NCBI GenBank assembly: GCA_043228905.1
Contig: JBHGNT010000010.1
Coordinates: 20,956,001-21,020,000 of the forward strand
Direction of reading: 5' to 3'
Length of the DNA: 64,000 nucleotides
Source of the DNA: Azolla caroliniana
Lineage: Eukaryota > Plantae > Polypodiophyta
The notes under the pieces were generated by a model. That model ran no database searches and had not been told where the DNA came from. It saw only the letters and a program-made list of their open reading frames with translations. A program made the position numbers and the translations under genes. Below are positions 12,614-26,237 of this stretch, one piece after another (position 1 is the stretch's first letter; every line of letters starts with the position of its first letter).

Positions 12614-14559
12614 ACCTGACCATAGTTCTTCTTGCCTGTTTAGGTGGTTATCATGAAGATATCATTATAATGTTTGCGACGGAAGTTTGGAACATGAATA
12701 AAGTGGACCAATGCAAGTTCTTCCAAACTGATTAGGTTGCTTTGTATGATTATGCTGGGAAGAAAAGAGAATTGTGGGTTCAAATGTTGTATTTTACCCT
12801 GCCATTGGTTTCTTTCTATCAATGACTGGTATGAAAATTACCATTGTTTTTGTAAACATATTTATTGAAGAGAAATTGCAAGAAGATTTGAGTTTATCAT
12901 TCATATGGGAGTTGTAAAATACTATTATTAAAATGGAATGTATTGTGCATTAGCAGTACGATGGGTTTTCATAAACATTTGTTGGCTAGACCTAGATTTG
13001 ATATATTTACCTTTCAAGTACATGAATTCTAGGTTTTTCTGAAAGTTCATTCAAGTAGATCGTATGCTTATCACCGTGGGATACTAGATTCTGATTTATT
13101 TGCAAACTTTGGTAGTTTCTTCACAATCATGTCAAGAGATGATAGTTCATGTAAATTTGTGATGGGAATATTATTTGATTTCAAGGGACCTCTCATGATA
13201 GCTATATTCCAATCACATAAATACTTTAGAAGGTAAGCTAAGTTAATCAAGAAAACATGTGTGCTTAAGAGGAAAGAGAGTGGTCAACTCTAATATGGAA
13301 TTGAGCTAATGAAAGTCCATCCTAATGAGGTTGAAGAGTCCTTTATTCTCTAGGAACAAAGCTTAGTGGGTTAATGGATACTATGAACAAGCTGTCTTGG
13401 CATTAGAATTAGAATGACAATGACTATAACATGCTAATGGAGTGGGGGTGATCTATCTAAAGAGTGAAAGATCACATAGTTAATTGTCATTAAAAGGGGG
13501 GATCTATCTAAAGATAATAGTTTGTTACCATACAACTTCAAGAGGATCCCAAGTACATACCTATAATAGAAATCATGTTATGTATGTGAATACAATCTTA
13601 ACATGAATGATTAAATTCCAACTTTTAGATCAGTATGATCAAACTATGTGATGGTTGAATCTAATTAAATCTACAATGTGATTGATGGCTTTGAATAAGT
13701 ACACAATTCTTGATTAAATCTGACAAGAGAGAGCCCAGATGGATAGAGCACATTCTCTAAGGTAGTTTGGCGAAAGATAAAAAGGTCATGGATTCTACCT
13801 ATGCAATTGCTCTTATCCTACTTTTATAAGCATAACACTCTTTCCATTATTCATTTTTTGTTTCTAGTTGACTTCAAATCTAATTAATGCACTATTTTAC
13901 TAGATGACATTGGCTATAGGAGTATAGACCTCCATGAGCTACATTCATGTGGTCTCTTTGTCTCTCTCTGATTAGTTTGGCCTAGTGGTATATGCTACAG
14001 CACAGTGATAGAAATCCATTGATTAGAGAGAGCCCAAGTTCTGATCCTTCCCCAAAGGTTGGGCCCTGTCAAATATATCATACATAGTCTTTCACAGATG
14101 GTAAAAGTAGACGTACGTATTTGATGTTGTATCGATTCCCTTCACAGCATGGAGGAGCAAGCAACAGAAGCACATGGAAACTGTTTTGGAGGGGAGAGAG
14201 AAAGTAAGAAATATTAACATGTTCTACTCGAACTCAACTCCTCTCCTCTCTTGGAAGTAAGGCCTATCAAATCAACCACTTGAACACTTTTCTTACGTAG
14301 CATCTAGTGAATTAACAGATATATATGAAGTAATAGACTGCTTGTAGTGTAAAGTCTTACCACTAGATTAAGCTAATTACATAATCAAAGGTACACAGAG
14401 AGAACAAATAGTTGTAAATATGTACATATGTAGACATACTTCCTTCATTAGTCATGAGTCACGACTTAAGAGGGATGTGATCATTATTAATATTGACCCT
14501 AGGTCACAGAGCATACATACCAATACACCCATCTACCATTTCATACACAGGCCGAAGCT

Positions 14560-15893
14560 ATGGAGGCCCCAGAGCTCGGCAACTTGACAGAAGAAGATGG
14601 TGTGCGAATGGCTTCTATGATCGATCAGATGCAAGTCCGAGACAGGTATTCTTCGTGTTCGCTCCCGCTTCTCTCTCATCCTTGTCTCCTTGTTTGATTC
14701 AGAATCTATGGTAGCTTTCGATTTCGGTTCAGAATTCTGTATCTATAATGTTTTGGATGCTTCACAAAGTAACCCTCTTTCGTATCCAGAATACGCATGT
14801 GCTTTGGAGAGGCATTCTTTTAAATTCTGGAAATTGAGGGGTACTCTGTTATGTAGCCAAGAAATGGGCTATTTTTTTGTTACAAATCTATATCAAATTT
14901 CTAGCACTGAAGAATTTTTTTCTCACCTAAGTTTAGTCTGTACTAGTTTCTATTATCTAGAAAAGACTGTACTCAGTAAGTTGCATTTCTTTCATCATGT
15001 TCGAGAAAGTGTTACGAAAGTCAGATATTTTCTTCAATGTAAAGACAAGAAGAGCATGCAGTTGTTATCAAGTCAGATGCTATGATGGGGAATTATTGTA
15101 AATTCCGAAAATGATGGGTATTCTGTTATATACCGAATAAAAATGGTATTTTGCTTAAAACAAATCCATGGTAACTTCAAATTTCTAGTCCTGAAGATTT
15201 TTTCTTTCTTTCTTAAGTTTAATAACTCCTATTATCTACGAAAATATGTACTAAGTAGCATTTCATGCATCATGGTGGAGACCATGTCAGGAAAGTCAAA
15301 AAATTTCTTCACTATCTAGCGATAAAGAGCGTATGCTTGTTATCACATCTTCATCAACTTTGGGGTAAATCACAGTTGACATACTTTTGTTTGCTGGTTC
15401 GATTGGTTTATGTGAAAAATTCTGGAAACACCCTGGTTTTGCCCACATGACCCTGAGTTTTGATATTTCTCCAAATGCCCTTGGTCGACATCCTGCAGAG
15501 ACAGTATTCTTTACTTTGGGCTTATGATGCTAGTGGCCATATCACTTTGAGTCTGCATCTGCTTTTACACTTGAATTGAATTCCTTTAATTTTGGGATTT
15601 GATATTTAGCTTAGCCTTATGATGGCGTCAATTTGATTGTTCTCATTTGAGGATTGAATTCTTAACTTGACTTTATGATGGCATTAGGCATACATACAGT
15701 GCATAGGGATTGGTTATGGTTCCAAGGATAGCAAACATTTGCTAAAAATGAGGGCTGCTGCTTAAACTAATGCTCAAGTCAAAATATTTGGGAAATCATG
15801 ATAGCATATGGTGTTCCAATCAATGCCTGGAATTTTTGGTGCTAAAATCATTCTTAATCGAACTGGAATATCTTAATCATTTTTATGTGTGTT

Positions 15894-15924
<31 letters not shown>

Positions 15925-16241
15925 ATAATCTGAAGTCTGTATTTCTCAGCATATTTGCTCTCCTGAATGTATAAGATATCATTGATTAGTGTAGCTTATT
16001 AGTGATAGGCCATGTATTCCTTTTTATAAAGCAAATGATCTTTCTTGTTCACAGCTTGAGGATGTACAATTCGTTGGTGGAAAGATGCTTTGGCCATTGC
16101 ATTGATAATTTCCGAAGGAAGACATTAGATAAGCAAGAGGAATCTTGTGTGCGCCATTGTGCTGAGAAATTCTTGAAGCACTCGATGCGAGTTAGCTTGA
16201 GATTTACGGAGCTAAATCAAGGAGGCATGACCCCAGATTGA
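14560..16241 (+). CDS. TIM9: Mitochondrial intermembrane-space small Tim chaperone TIM9; 2 exons
   Basis: Exons 14560-14645 and 16055-16241 (phase 2): MEAPELGNLTEEDGVRMASMIDQMQVRDSLRMYNSLVERCFGHCIDNFRRKTLDKQEESCVRHCAEKFLKHSMRV...; twin CX3C motif. Confidence 0.95.
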
Positions 16242-17599
16242 TTGAAAGAGTTACCAGTTTCCAATCTTGATGTTGAACTTTTGGTAAGAACTTATATAGT
16301 TTTGTAGCAAATTTTTTCTCGGATTTTGCTTCATAAAAGTGTGGGGGAAACACATGAAACCTTATGTAACCTCATGTGTTATCTCTCATGTGTACTACCT
16401 ATACATGCTGAGGAGAAACATTAATATAAAAATTCATGTGAAACCAGCTGATACAATTTTAGAGAGAGAATGACCAGATGGATGCAGCTCATGTGATAAA
16501 TTGGTGCTTGTGTCGGTCTGGAACTCTCTGTTTCTTTTATTTTCCTTTGCTATGTGGCTGCATGTTCAACAAATCTTGTTTTTATCAAACTAACTTTAGC
16601 CATTATTTTATGGTTGTTTTATGTTATGCATCATTTTTTGAATCTGTACATTCTTATGTCAAGTTTTCCTCATTTGTATTTTTTCCTGTTGAGCTTGGTG
16701 GGAAAGTTGGCATTCAGTGCTACTCATTGTATCATCATGTAATGATACTACTATTATGGTTCAGGTAGAGTAAATTGGGCTGAACATTAGTACATGGAAA
16801 TAAGCATGATACTTGGGATATGTGGCTGTTCTACTAGTGCCATCTACATACACTGGGTAGATTGTTAAGGTTTTACAATTGTGTACATATCTATAAAGAT
16901 TCTTGACCATTGTTTGTATTTTTAGTAATCATTTTTCTCTGTTCATTAAGGAAAATGTGAGTAAATTACAGTTGCAAATTATTTTATTCCAATAGCTCCT
17001 TTTATCACATATCTTGGTTATGGAAATGTCATTATGTTGATGGTTCGAGCCAAATTTGTTGTATTATATACACACAATTCATTATTTATCTTGAAGAACA
17101 TGATGAATCAATGTGATCTCTATAATATGCATTAATCTCTTTGCTCTTGCAATGGTGGCTTGTTGTGGTTTGTCATATGGTTAATGCTACCCAACGTTGT
17201 AGGGTGTCAGTGAGGTGAACGTGTTACCATGTGAAACGACTATATATGATTAGAGTGCCTATGAGCAAGGGCTAATGGGTGGACTTATGCTTGAATGCAT
17301 ATGGTTACAATCTTCTTCTCCCTTGTGTGTTTCTTAGCATTATAAAATTGTCTAATCTTTCCACCTCCACTCTTGCATGGCGGTGGCTCGCATTTGACTT
17401 AATGTCACTTTATTACATATTTCTTTGGAATGTTTATAGAGGAGAACATATCCTACATTTGACATTGGCACTTGATGTAGGGTGTGTCGATGTGTAACAC
17501 TACTTTATGGTTCTCTCAATGTTTGGCAACTCTATTTTGGGAATGAAAATGCATTTACAATGTCAAATGCATATAAGGTTCAAGATAAACACGAGAATC

Positions 17600-17830
17600 T
17601 CAAATCCATCTTGAATCAACAATTCCCCCATATACATCAGATTGTGGTGACAATTTGAGAGGAAAAGGAAAACTAAAAGCAAAATCTAGACGAAAGGGAT
17701 CTTTTAAGGATAAACAGGAGAAGGTCAAATCCATCTTGAATCTACTGTTCTACCATATGCATCAGACTCTAATGACAATTTGAGAGGAAAAGGAAAACTA
17801 AAATCAAAGTCTGGACAAAAGCAATCTTTT
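17600..17830. repeat. ~125-bp imperfect tandem duplication
   Basis: tcaaatccatcttgaatc...gacaatttgagaggaaaaggaaaactaaaa occurs at ~17600 and ~17725. Confidence 0.85.
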
Positions 17831-18155
17831 CAGGCTGAAAATAAGAAAAGAAAAAATGTGTGTATATATATATATGGAAACGTGCTAACAATGTAATGGA
17901 AGGAGAGCCATTGATTTCACCATACCATACTATATGCCATTACCAATACCATACCATATATCGTTACCAATACCCTACCATATTCCGTTACCAATACCAT
18001 ACCGAATAGGCTGGTTTTCTGGGATTACTAATAGTGTTATTGATTTAGAAAAAATGAGTTGTGATATTATGTAGCATGCTTTGTATGGCATGAATTCAGG
18101 TGATACAACCTTGGATTTGCTTGACAATGGATGAGCCCCCTTCGTATCGTTCATG

Positions 18156-18250
18156 CCATACCACATGATGTCGTGCCATACCATACCATACCATACCATA
18201 CCATACCATACCATACCATACCACACCATGCCATGCCATACCATACCATC
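18156..18250. repeat. (CCATA)n pentanucleotide microsatellite upstream of ALB3
   Basis: ccataccataccata... read directly. A second, degenerate CCATA/CCAATA block lies at ~17918-18005. Confidence 0.95.
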
Positions 18251-18312
18251 CTTATCATCCATCCCATCCATCCATTCATTCCTTCTTCTTCTTCTCCTTC
18301 CTTATCGTTGCC

Positions 18313-21300
18313 ATGGCTTCTTGCCCACTGTCCACGCGGCTTTTGTCCGCAGCGACAGTCAGCAAGATTAGCCATGGCTTCTTCCACAGATCAAGAAGCC
18401 TTCATCGTCATCATCATTCTTCTTATTCTGCAGGCAATGGTGTTCTCGCCATTCGTTCATCGTTTCAGGATTTCGATTCTACTTCACTAGAACTCGTCTC
18501 CAAAGGAATCCCCGAGCTCCTGATGAGAGCTGAAGGTCTTCTTTACACCATAGCGGATTCTGCTGTTTCTTCCGATCCTGTTGTGGCTAATACTCAACAG
18601 AATCGTGACTGGTTGAGTGGTCTTACTGATGGTTTGGAATCCATTCTCAAGGTAGGATACTTGTTCTTCGTCACGTTTAATCATTGAATCCTTGCTCAAT
18701 ATATAGCTCTTTCATGTTGGAGGTTTCATTATTAATTAATCTTTCTCAATGTAATGCGTTTTCATGTTTGAGGGTCTTGATCTCTGAAATAAAAATGTAG
18801 ATTTTGATGTTAATTGAGGATTTTGGTCTTCTAGCAGTACAAAAATGGCTGATTTAGATGGTGGACATGTTAGATGTTTCAATAGTCTTCTTTAAAAGAC
18901 TAAATTTGAAATTATGGATAGTCCCAAATCCTATGGAATTGAAATATTATTTTCTAAAAATAGCATGATCTAATCATATTTTTCCAAGTACAATGGGGAT
19001 ACTGAAAACACGACGAAAAATAATTTAGAATTAATGTCTAATGATTTAGAGAGTACTGATTTCAATGATGTCTTGGGATACAACTGATGTTGAGGGTAGT
19101 TCTAGAATATAGCTATTGATTTTGATGATGGTTCGAACATACAAGTGTTGCCTTTTTATGGTTTGAACATACAGCCATAGATTTTGATGGCTTCAAGATG
19201 AAGTTGCTTGGGAAACTACTATAATACAAAGTATAGATTTGGATGGTTTGAAAGTGAGGCTTCAGTTGTCTTTCTTATTGTTGGAGAGTGGTTTGTCTTG
19301 TTGTGAACAGCTATATATTTTGATGGTTTTAGCATACAATGATAGATTTTGACGTGTGCAACTTTGGAGGTTAGACCATATTCCTGTGCAAAAATCATTG
19401 ATTTGAATGTATTGAACATGAAGTTTTCAATTGTTTTTCTGAGACCAAAAATATGGGTTTGAGGTGTCTTACAACAACTATGATTCTTTCTGTTGGTTTG
19501 AACTATAGAGTTTAATATTTTGGAATCCATCAGGGAACTATCATTCACTATTTTTGTTTCAGCCGTTTCAATGCTTTAGGAAAGTATCATTCTCTTTTGC
19601 GTTTCATTCTTTTTCGTGTGTACCATATTGTTCAAAACATGCGATGAGCTCTCTGTTGGTTTGTACCATAGAGTTTAATATTTTGGAATCCATCAGGGAA
19701 TTGTCATTCACTATTTTTGTTTCAGCCTTTTCAATGCATTAGGAAAGTATCATTCTCTTTTCTGTTTCATTCTTTATCTTGTGTACCATTATGTTCATTA
19801 CGTACAATGGAGGTCTCTTGCCATTGAGGCAATAGGAACAAGGAAAACATCTATAAGGAAATCTTTTAAGAACTTTGATTTGTTCATATCTGCAATAAGA
19901 AGTGCATCGTGCAATCAGTTTCTGGGAAATATCAATACCGTATTGGGTTCTTTTGGATGTTTCAGGTTTTGAAGGACGGATTTCAAACCCTACATGTTCC
20001 TTATGCTTATGGCTTTGCAATAATTTTTCTGACAATTCTTGTGAAAGCTGCAACTTTTCCCTTAACAAAACAACAAGTATGCATTATCTCCTTTCTCCCT
20101 TCTTTTGTTTGCCTCATTTGCAATCTCGAAAATATCAATTGACTGTGCTTCTTGGGTACAGCTGGAATCTAGCTTAGCAATGCAGAGTCTGGCACCAAAA
20201 ATTAAAGCAATTCAGCAGCGCTATGCTGGCAATCAGGTGTGATATAATATATTTTGGATTTTCCCAATGTGAATAATTGATTTTGGGGAAGGAGTAAGGT
20301 CTGAAGGAATGCTTTTGGGAGAGATTTTTAAGGAAAGACAGTAATATTTTTAGGTTAAACGACTTGTTTGAATTGACTTGGCAAGATAATCCTTCTTCCA
20401 TACTTTCATCCACATGAATACTTTTATATTGATGATCAGAATGCTTTATTTTCACTAGGATAGATAATAGTGTTTTAGTTCCATGATGAGTAAAAATGAA
20501 CATTGCTTAGGGAGGACAATAGTTTTGTTTGTTATGCTTATATGTGCACAAATGGTACATTGCGGTGGACGCTAGTTCATTTATGATTATGCATGTACAT
20601 ATTGAATAGTAAATCATCTGCATGATAAGGGAGAAAAAGAGATGATGGATCTAATATCATAATAGTAGGAAGGATCAATATAAGGGCGATTTAAGGGCTA
20701 ACCAGGAGAGTGTATTTCATGACCCTAGTTATCATTGTGAGGGAATACTGTTTTTTGGTTGCATATTAAATTTCAAAAGTTAACACTACAGAAGATGTTA
20801 TTTTAGGAGAGAATACAACTTGAAACATCACGACTTTACAAACAAGCGGGTGTTAATCCACTGGCAGGTAAATGTTTGTCTCTATAATTGTTTTGCCTTT
20901 TTATCTTTTTTCTAAGTTCGCTTCATGTATTTGTAGGTTGTTTACCCACCTTGGCAACCATCCCTGTATTTATTGGACTTTATCGTGCCTTATCAAATGT
21001 TGCAAATGAGGTCGGATGACTTTATTTTTCTGTAGTCGTGTGTTAAAAGAAATATATTGACCTTTACATCACGCTTTATAGCTATAAAGCTTCACAGAAT
21101 CAGGTTTGATTAAATGTGAATGAGTCCTGTTTAACCAGGGGTTGCTGACGGAAGGTTTCTTTTGGATCCCATCCCTAGCTGGACCTACAACTATTGCAGC
21201 TCGCCAAACAGGAAGTGGAGTTTCATGGCTCTTCCCGTTCGTTGTAAGTCATATATTTATCGACATCATTAATACGTTATAACTTGTATTATTATTGAGA

Positions 21301-24300
21301 TTTGAACTTGGGTTTGTTAAAATATGTTTTATTGTCACACTATGCATCTTGTTTTTGTTAATATTATTTATTAAATCAGGCTGTGTTTATCTTTGCATGA
21401 ATATCTTTCCGATATATAGGATGGTGCTCCACCTCTTGGTTGGGGTGATACTATTGCCTACCTTGTATTACCTGTGTTGCTGATAATCTCCCAGTATGTT
21501 TCTATGCAAATAATGCAACCCCCACAGGTAATGCTCTATTTTGCAACTATTGATCGTCCTCTTTTTTATTTTAGTCTTCATTTTTTTTATTAATCTCATT
21601 CTCATGCAGTCTGATGATCCTAGCCAGAAGAATACACAAGTCATCCTGAAGTTTCTTCCGTTGATGATTGGCTACTTCTCTCTTTCAGTACCATCTGGTC
21701 TCAGTCTTTATTGGTAGTTTTATTTTTGCTTGCTGCTGGTTTTTAGAGAGAGAAAGAGAGGAAGAGATTACTGGATTGTATTGTTGCCCTTGAGATCAAA
21801 TATGACCTATGATCAAATGTGAGACAGTTCACGAGTTTGTGGACTTGAGTAATGACTCTTGATGTTCGAGAATTTGTCTAACGAATACTGCAATTGAGAG
21901 TGCACGTTATGACTTAGAAAAATTTGTGTGGCGATTGGACTGGACTGACAATACATGGAGAGAGAAGGAGAAAGAAAGATATACTAACATTTCTTAATAG
22001 GCCAAAATGACCTTTAAGAACAAATCAGAGATTACATCTTAAAATGTTGTGGCGTACTTGAGAACAAACCAATATAAATATAACTAAGTAAAAAAGTAAA
22101 TGAACTTAAACGTGATTAGAGAATCTCATTATTGATACATGTAAGATTCACAAGTCAGACAGATTAACATAGATCAATCCAAAATGGAGAGATCTCCAAT
22201 GTGAGGGAAGCACTTGTGATAGCGGCAGGTAATGGCCTTTATATGGGTGGTAAGATTGTGTCATCCACCAAGCCAAGGCCTGCATGCACGAAAAATTGCT
22301 AGTCTGATCTATTGTAACCCTCTGCCACTTCCTACATGGGAGCCCACTTGTGTAGCCCTTGATTAACTTGTAGCATTAGGAGTGATGGGGCAAAAGAAAG
22401 TTGTGATTATTCACATCTTATTTCATAGAAAACAGTACAATGATAGACATAATGCTCTCAGATTCTCCTCCCTGATGTCACAATTGACCAAAAAACATCT
22501 TAGGGGTATGGATGCATATCTCCCTATCTCAATCTGTTACTAATGTGAAGAGGTCTGCAACTGCCCTATGACACTCCACACCGCATAGGTTAGATGTATG
22601 TCATACAAGAGGGCTTGATGATGAATCCATCCTCTAATATGTGTAAAAAGTGTGCCTTATAGTGGGCCATTTTCCTACCATGAGATGTGGGGCTGAGCCA
22701 TGTTCTTGTGTTATCCAAGTTAATAATATCAGTTCTGCTTTGGTTGTGTTTAGATGGTTACAATCCAAACTATAGTGGGATGGGGGTAGTGCTTATGCCA
22801 TGCAACTCGAAGCATTGTTTAGTTTCAGCATACCAACAATGATTATCTCTGTGTTCAGCAAGTTGTTTTGATGCACATAAACCAACCTTGAATACCATCA
22901 TTTAGGGATCTCGAGTGTGCTCCCAAAGTGGTTGGATACAGGTCACTAATCAGAATGATGTCTCAGTGATGATTGGGGCTGCTTCTATCTCGGGCTTGCC
23001 CAATGAGTTGCTCCTTGTCATGCGGCCAAACATTGAGACGAAATGTCTTTTTAACACTTTCCAGGTTATGATTTGGTTCCCATTTGGTTGCATCACCTAG
23101 TAAATCAGTGTTATGAGCAAGCTTTGAACCTTGAACTTGTGGGGAGAGGGAGAGGGTTTGGAATTTCTGTCAGATGCCACATCTTGTTTTTTTTGACATG
23201 GGTCTTTGGATGTGAGCTTGGGCATTGGCTGGCGACCCTTGATAAATTTCCCAGTGTATTAGTAATTTGGCTGCTAGTAGTGAAACTTAGGTATGTTTTG
23301 GGCTGCTCTTCCATCTCTTTTGGAGAGATTCTGGATGTCTTGAACCCGGCTTGAGAAAAAGAAATTCCTTATATGTCAAATTTCCTCTGTGGCCTTGGGG
23401 AGGCGACTTTGAGTCATTATCTTTACGTCTGATATGTACTTATAAACTTTTTGGAAGACATAAAGCTCCATTGCTTTCTTCTAGTTTCTTGAAGCACTTC
23501 TAAAGCATGGAGTTGTGTTCTTGACCCTAAATTGTAGTATTGAAATTTCCTGTGTATTAACTCCTTTCCATTCCATGAGATGCCAAATGCTGCATTCTCA
23601 AACCCGAGTTCCATGTACATACATAATGAAGTACTATGCTTATGTACCATCTTTGGGTTGTGCCGAAGTGGCCCATACTCTCAAATTCTTAGTACTGGAC
23701 TGTAATGGGCTCCATTCCTTTAGTTTGAAAGCTTCAAATAATTTGAGTAGGCATATCAACTCCAAGGTAAGTGAAACTTTTAACTTTTTCAATGGTCTCC
23801 TCTTCAAATTTCAGACTGGACTACGGTTTCAATTTTCTCCTCTTTCGTAGTACACTTCTGTCTCCTGAATTTCATGGTTGGCTGTGGTTGCTACCATTCC
23901 TTTGAATAGTATTTACATATCTCAGAAAATCAAAGTTTTCTGTCAGACTGAAAAAGAGAGTACATCTGAACATGTCTCATCTGGGAAAACAAATCGAAGT
24001 AAGCTATAAACTGCCTAAGTAGAATGCCTGAAAACACACTTAGACATTCCCTTAAAGAAAACTGTACGGAATAGTTGCTGATTAATGTCTAAAGTTGTTT
24101 CCTATCTAAAAATAGGTCAATTGGTATAATGGGGAATTTGATCTTGTTATATTTAAATAAATGTACAGGGGAACAAATCTCGTGTTTATTAATATCTGAT
24201 GTCATCCTGATCCATTATTAACTATACTTTATTTACTGGGCCAGGTTAACGAATAACTTCCTAAGTACAGGACAACAAGTGTTTTTGCGGAAGATGGGTG

Positions 24301-25260
24301 GTGCTAAAACCCCCACCACTGTGGATGGGAATGACATTATAAGTGCAGGACAAGCATTGAGATCGAGCAGTGCCCCTCCTGTACTCGAGAAAAAGGATCG
24401 TCGTGGGGAAAAGTATTTCTAAATCACTTCTATTTTTCATTTACTTTTTAATCATCTTCAATGTTTTGTTTGCATTTTAATTTCAATGGCAATAACTTTA
24501 CTATTCCATTTGGATTTGTAATGGAAGATTTTAAAGATGATAACATCTCCCCCCCCCCCCCCCCCCCTTCCCCCCGGTAAAAAAACAAAAAATTTAATAA
24601 GTCAAGCATCCAATAATGGAATCTACTGTTGCCTTTTGGGATATGGGAAGCAATTTTAAATGTACAAGCAGATTCAATTCTTTTGCTTATAGTATTTGGA
24701 ACAGAAATTTGATGATGATCCTCTCATGAAATAAACAAATAATTGCCTTATCCCTTTTTGGGATTTCTATAGGAACTTGAAGATAATGGCAAGCCCTTGT
24801 GCAGAACAATAAACAAGCATGATTTGTGATATAGGTTCAGGCAGCTCAAGAAGGAGGAAGCACGGAAGAATGCGGGATCCACCAAAAAGACAGTTGATTC
24901 AACTCCAGATGGTGGGAACGATGACAGTGGTAGTGAGGAAGAATTAGATGAAATTATTGACCTTTCTAATGCTAAGGTATTACTAGAAAATGCTAATTTG
25001 TATGTTTTTTTAGATAGTTTTTTTTGTTCGATATATATGTATCTATTTGTACATGTCAACTTTATTGGGGCAAGTCCGTTCTGTATATTTTGCACATCAC
25101 AATGTTTGTTTATCTTTTTCTTGTACATGTGCTGAACTTATGTCTTCCTATATAGCAGGACTCTTTAGAAGAGATCTATAGCCGTAGCCAATCAGGAGGA
25201 GAATCTAGTTCCCCAACAACGAAGAAAGGGAAACGCTCAAAAAGGAAAAGGACTGTATAG
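18313..25260 (+). CDS. ALB3: Thylakoid membrane insertase ALB3 (Oxa1/YidC/Alb3 family); 11 exons
   Basis: Exons 18313-18651, 19966-20076, 20162-20236, 20807-20867, 20937-21010, 21139-21243, 21420-21527, 21610-21713, 24245-24412, 24835-24976, 25156/25159-25260, all phase-consistent. Transit-peptide-like N-terminus; motifs [60 protein letters not shown]; C-terminal KRSKRKR (ALB3-type cpSRP43-binding motif). Confidence 0.96.
19493..19790. repeat. ~165-bp imperfect tandem duplication in ALB3 intron 1
   Basis: gttggtttg...atagagtttaatatttt...ggaatccatcagggaa...aggaaagtatcattctctttt occurs twice (~19493 and ~19655). Confidence 0.85.
22040..23900 (-). mobile_element. Probable decayed retrotransposon insertion enlarging ALB3 intron 8
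   Basis: This 2.5-kb intron sits among ~100-bp introns and has higher GC and broken, coding-like sequence. I could read no diagnostic motif with certainty. Confidence 0.3.
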
Positions 25261-26237
25261 ATTACAATTTCATATTATTTTTTGAGCTTCTGCTGTACAA
25301 GTTATGATGGGAACTTGTTACTAGTAAATAGAGATGTATACTAGTTTTCCAGAGATCAACTTTGAAGCCAATGTTGATTTGGGAAACAATGATATGTTTT
25401 CTTGGCTTCCCAAGTATGTGAAGCACAATTATGTATTAAAGAGCACTGGAATGATGTTAGAATATCATTTCAAAATATCAGGTTCCCACCAAAAATTGAA
25501 CTGAGTGGCAAATATTGTATTCGTAACTGTCAAATATGCTTGTAGTCATGGTTGTCGGCATAATATATGTATGTATGGCATTGTTGATAAGAAAGTCCTT
25601 GGTAAAAAACATGTGGTATGGAATCTCTAGACGCAGACGATACCATGTGAATAGCACATATTTAACATAGTGTTGGTCTAATGAATTTCAAATCCTATTT
25701 ATCAAATCAAACTTTGTCATTTCAAGTTGTATTACCCATACCTTATACCCATGTATACCCACTAAATGCAAATCAATACCTCTAGTAGTGTCAATCACTT
25801 TAATAATGAAGCAAGAGTGAGCTGATATGGTGCTATCACCCTGGAGGCCAATGGTAGACAGTGATAGTGAATGATTATTTTACAGCATAGTGGTAAACAA
25901 ACATAACTTCCAACATTTCTTCTATGATCTAGATTATACAGATATTTAACACGAGGATAATTTTACATTGGTTATGCCAAGTCCAATCGTTTGCCTGAAC
26001 GGACGGACGGCAGCTTATGAACATTATTAGATTACACATGCTTGTCCAAATATCTTACAAGTTTGACCGTCAATTTCAATTCATTCACGCAAGAATATGC
26101 CACTGTGTCTTTAAGAAAAGTAAACCTAATGGATTTAGCTGTCAAATTTGAATGATAGGGCAGGAAGATGTGGTCTCATTGAAAAGCAATATGTACTCAT
26201 TTGTTGGTTCTTTCTGAGCTAAGAATCCGATAGCGAA

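Noticed and set aside
13975-14050. tRNA-like A-box (tggcctagtggta) and weak B-box
   Set aside because: No convincing cloverleaf; at most a very decayed SINE.
17975-18490. ORFs with MVWYG / YHTIP repeats
   Set aside because: Translations of the (CCATA)n microsatellite.
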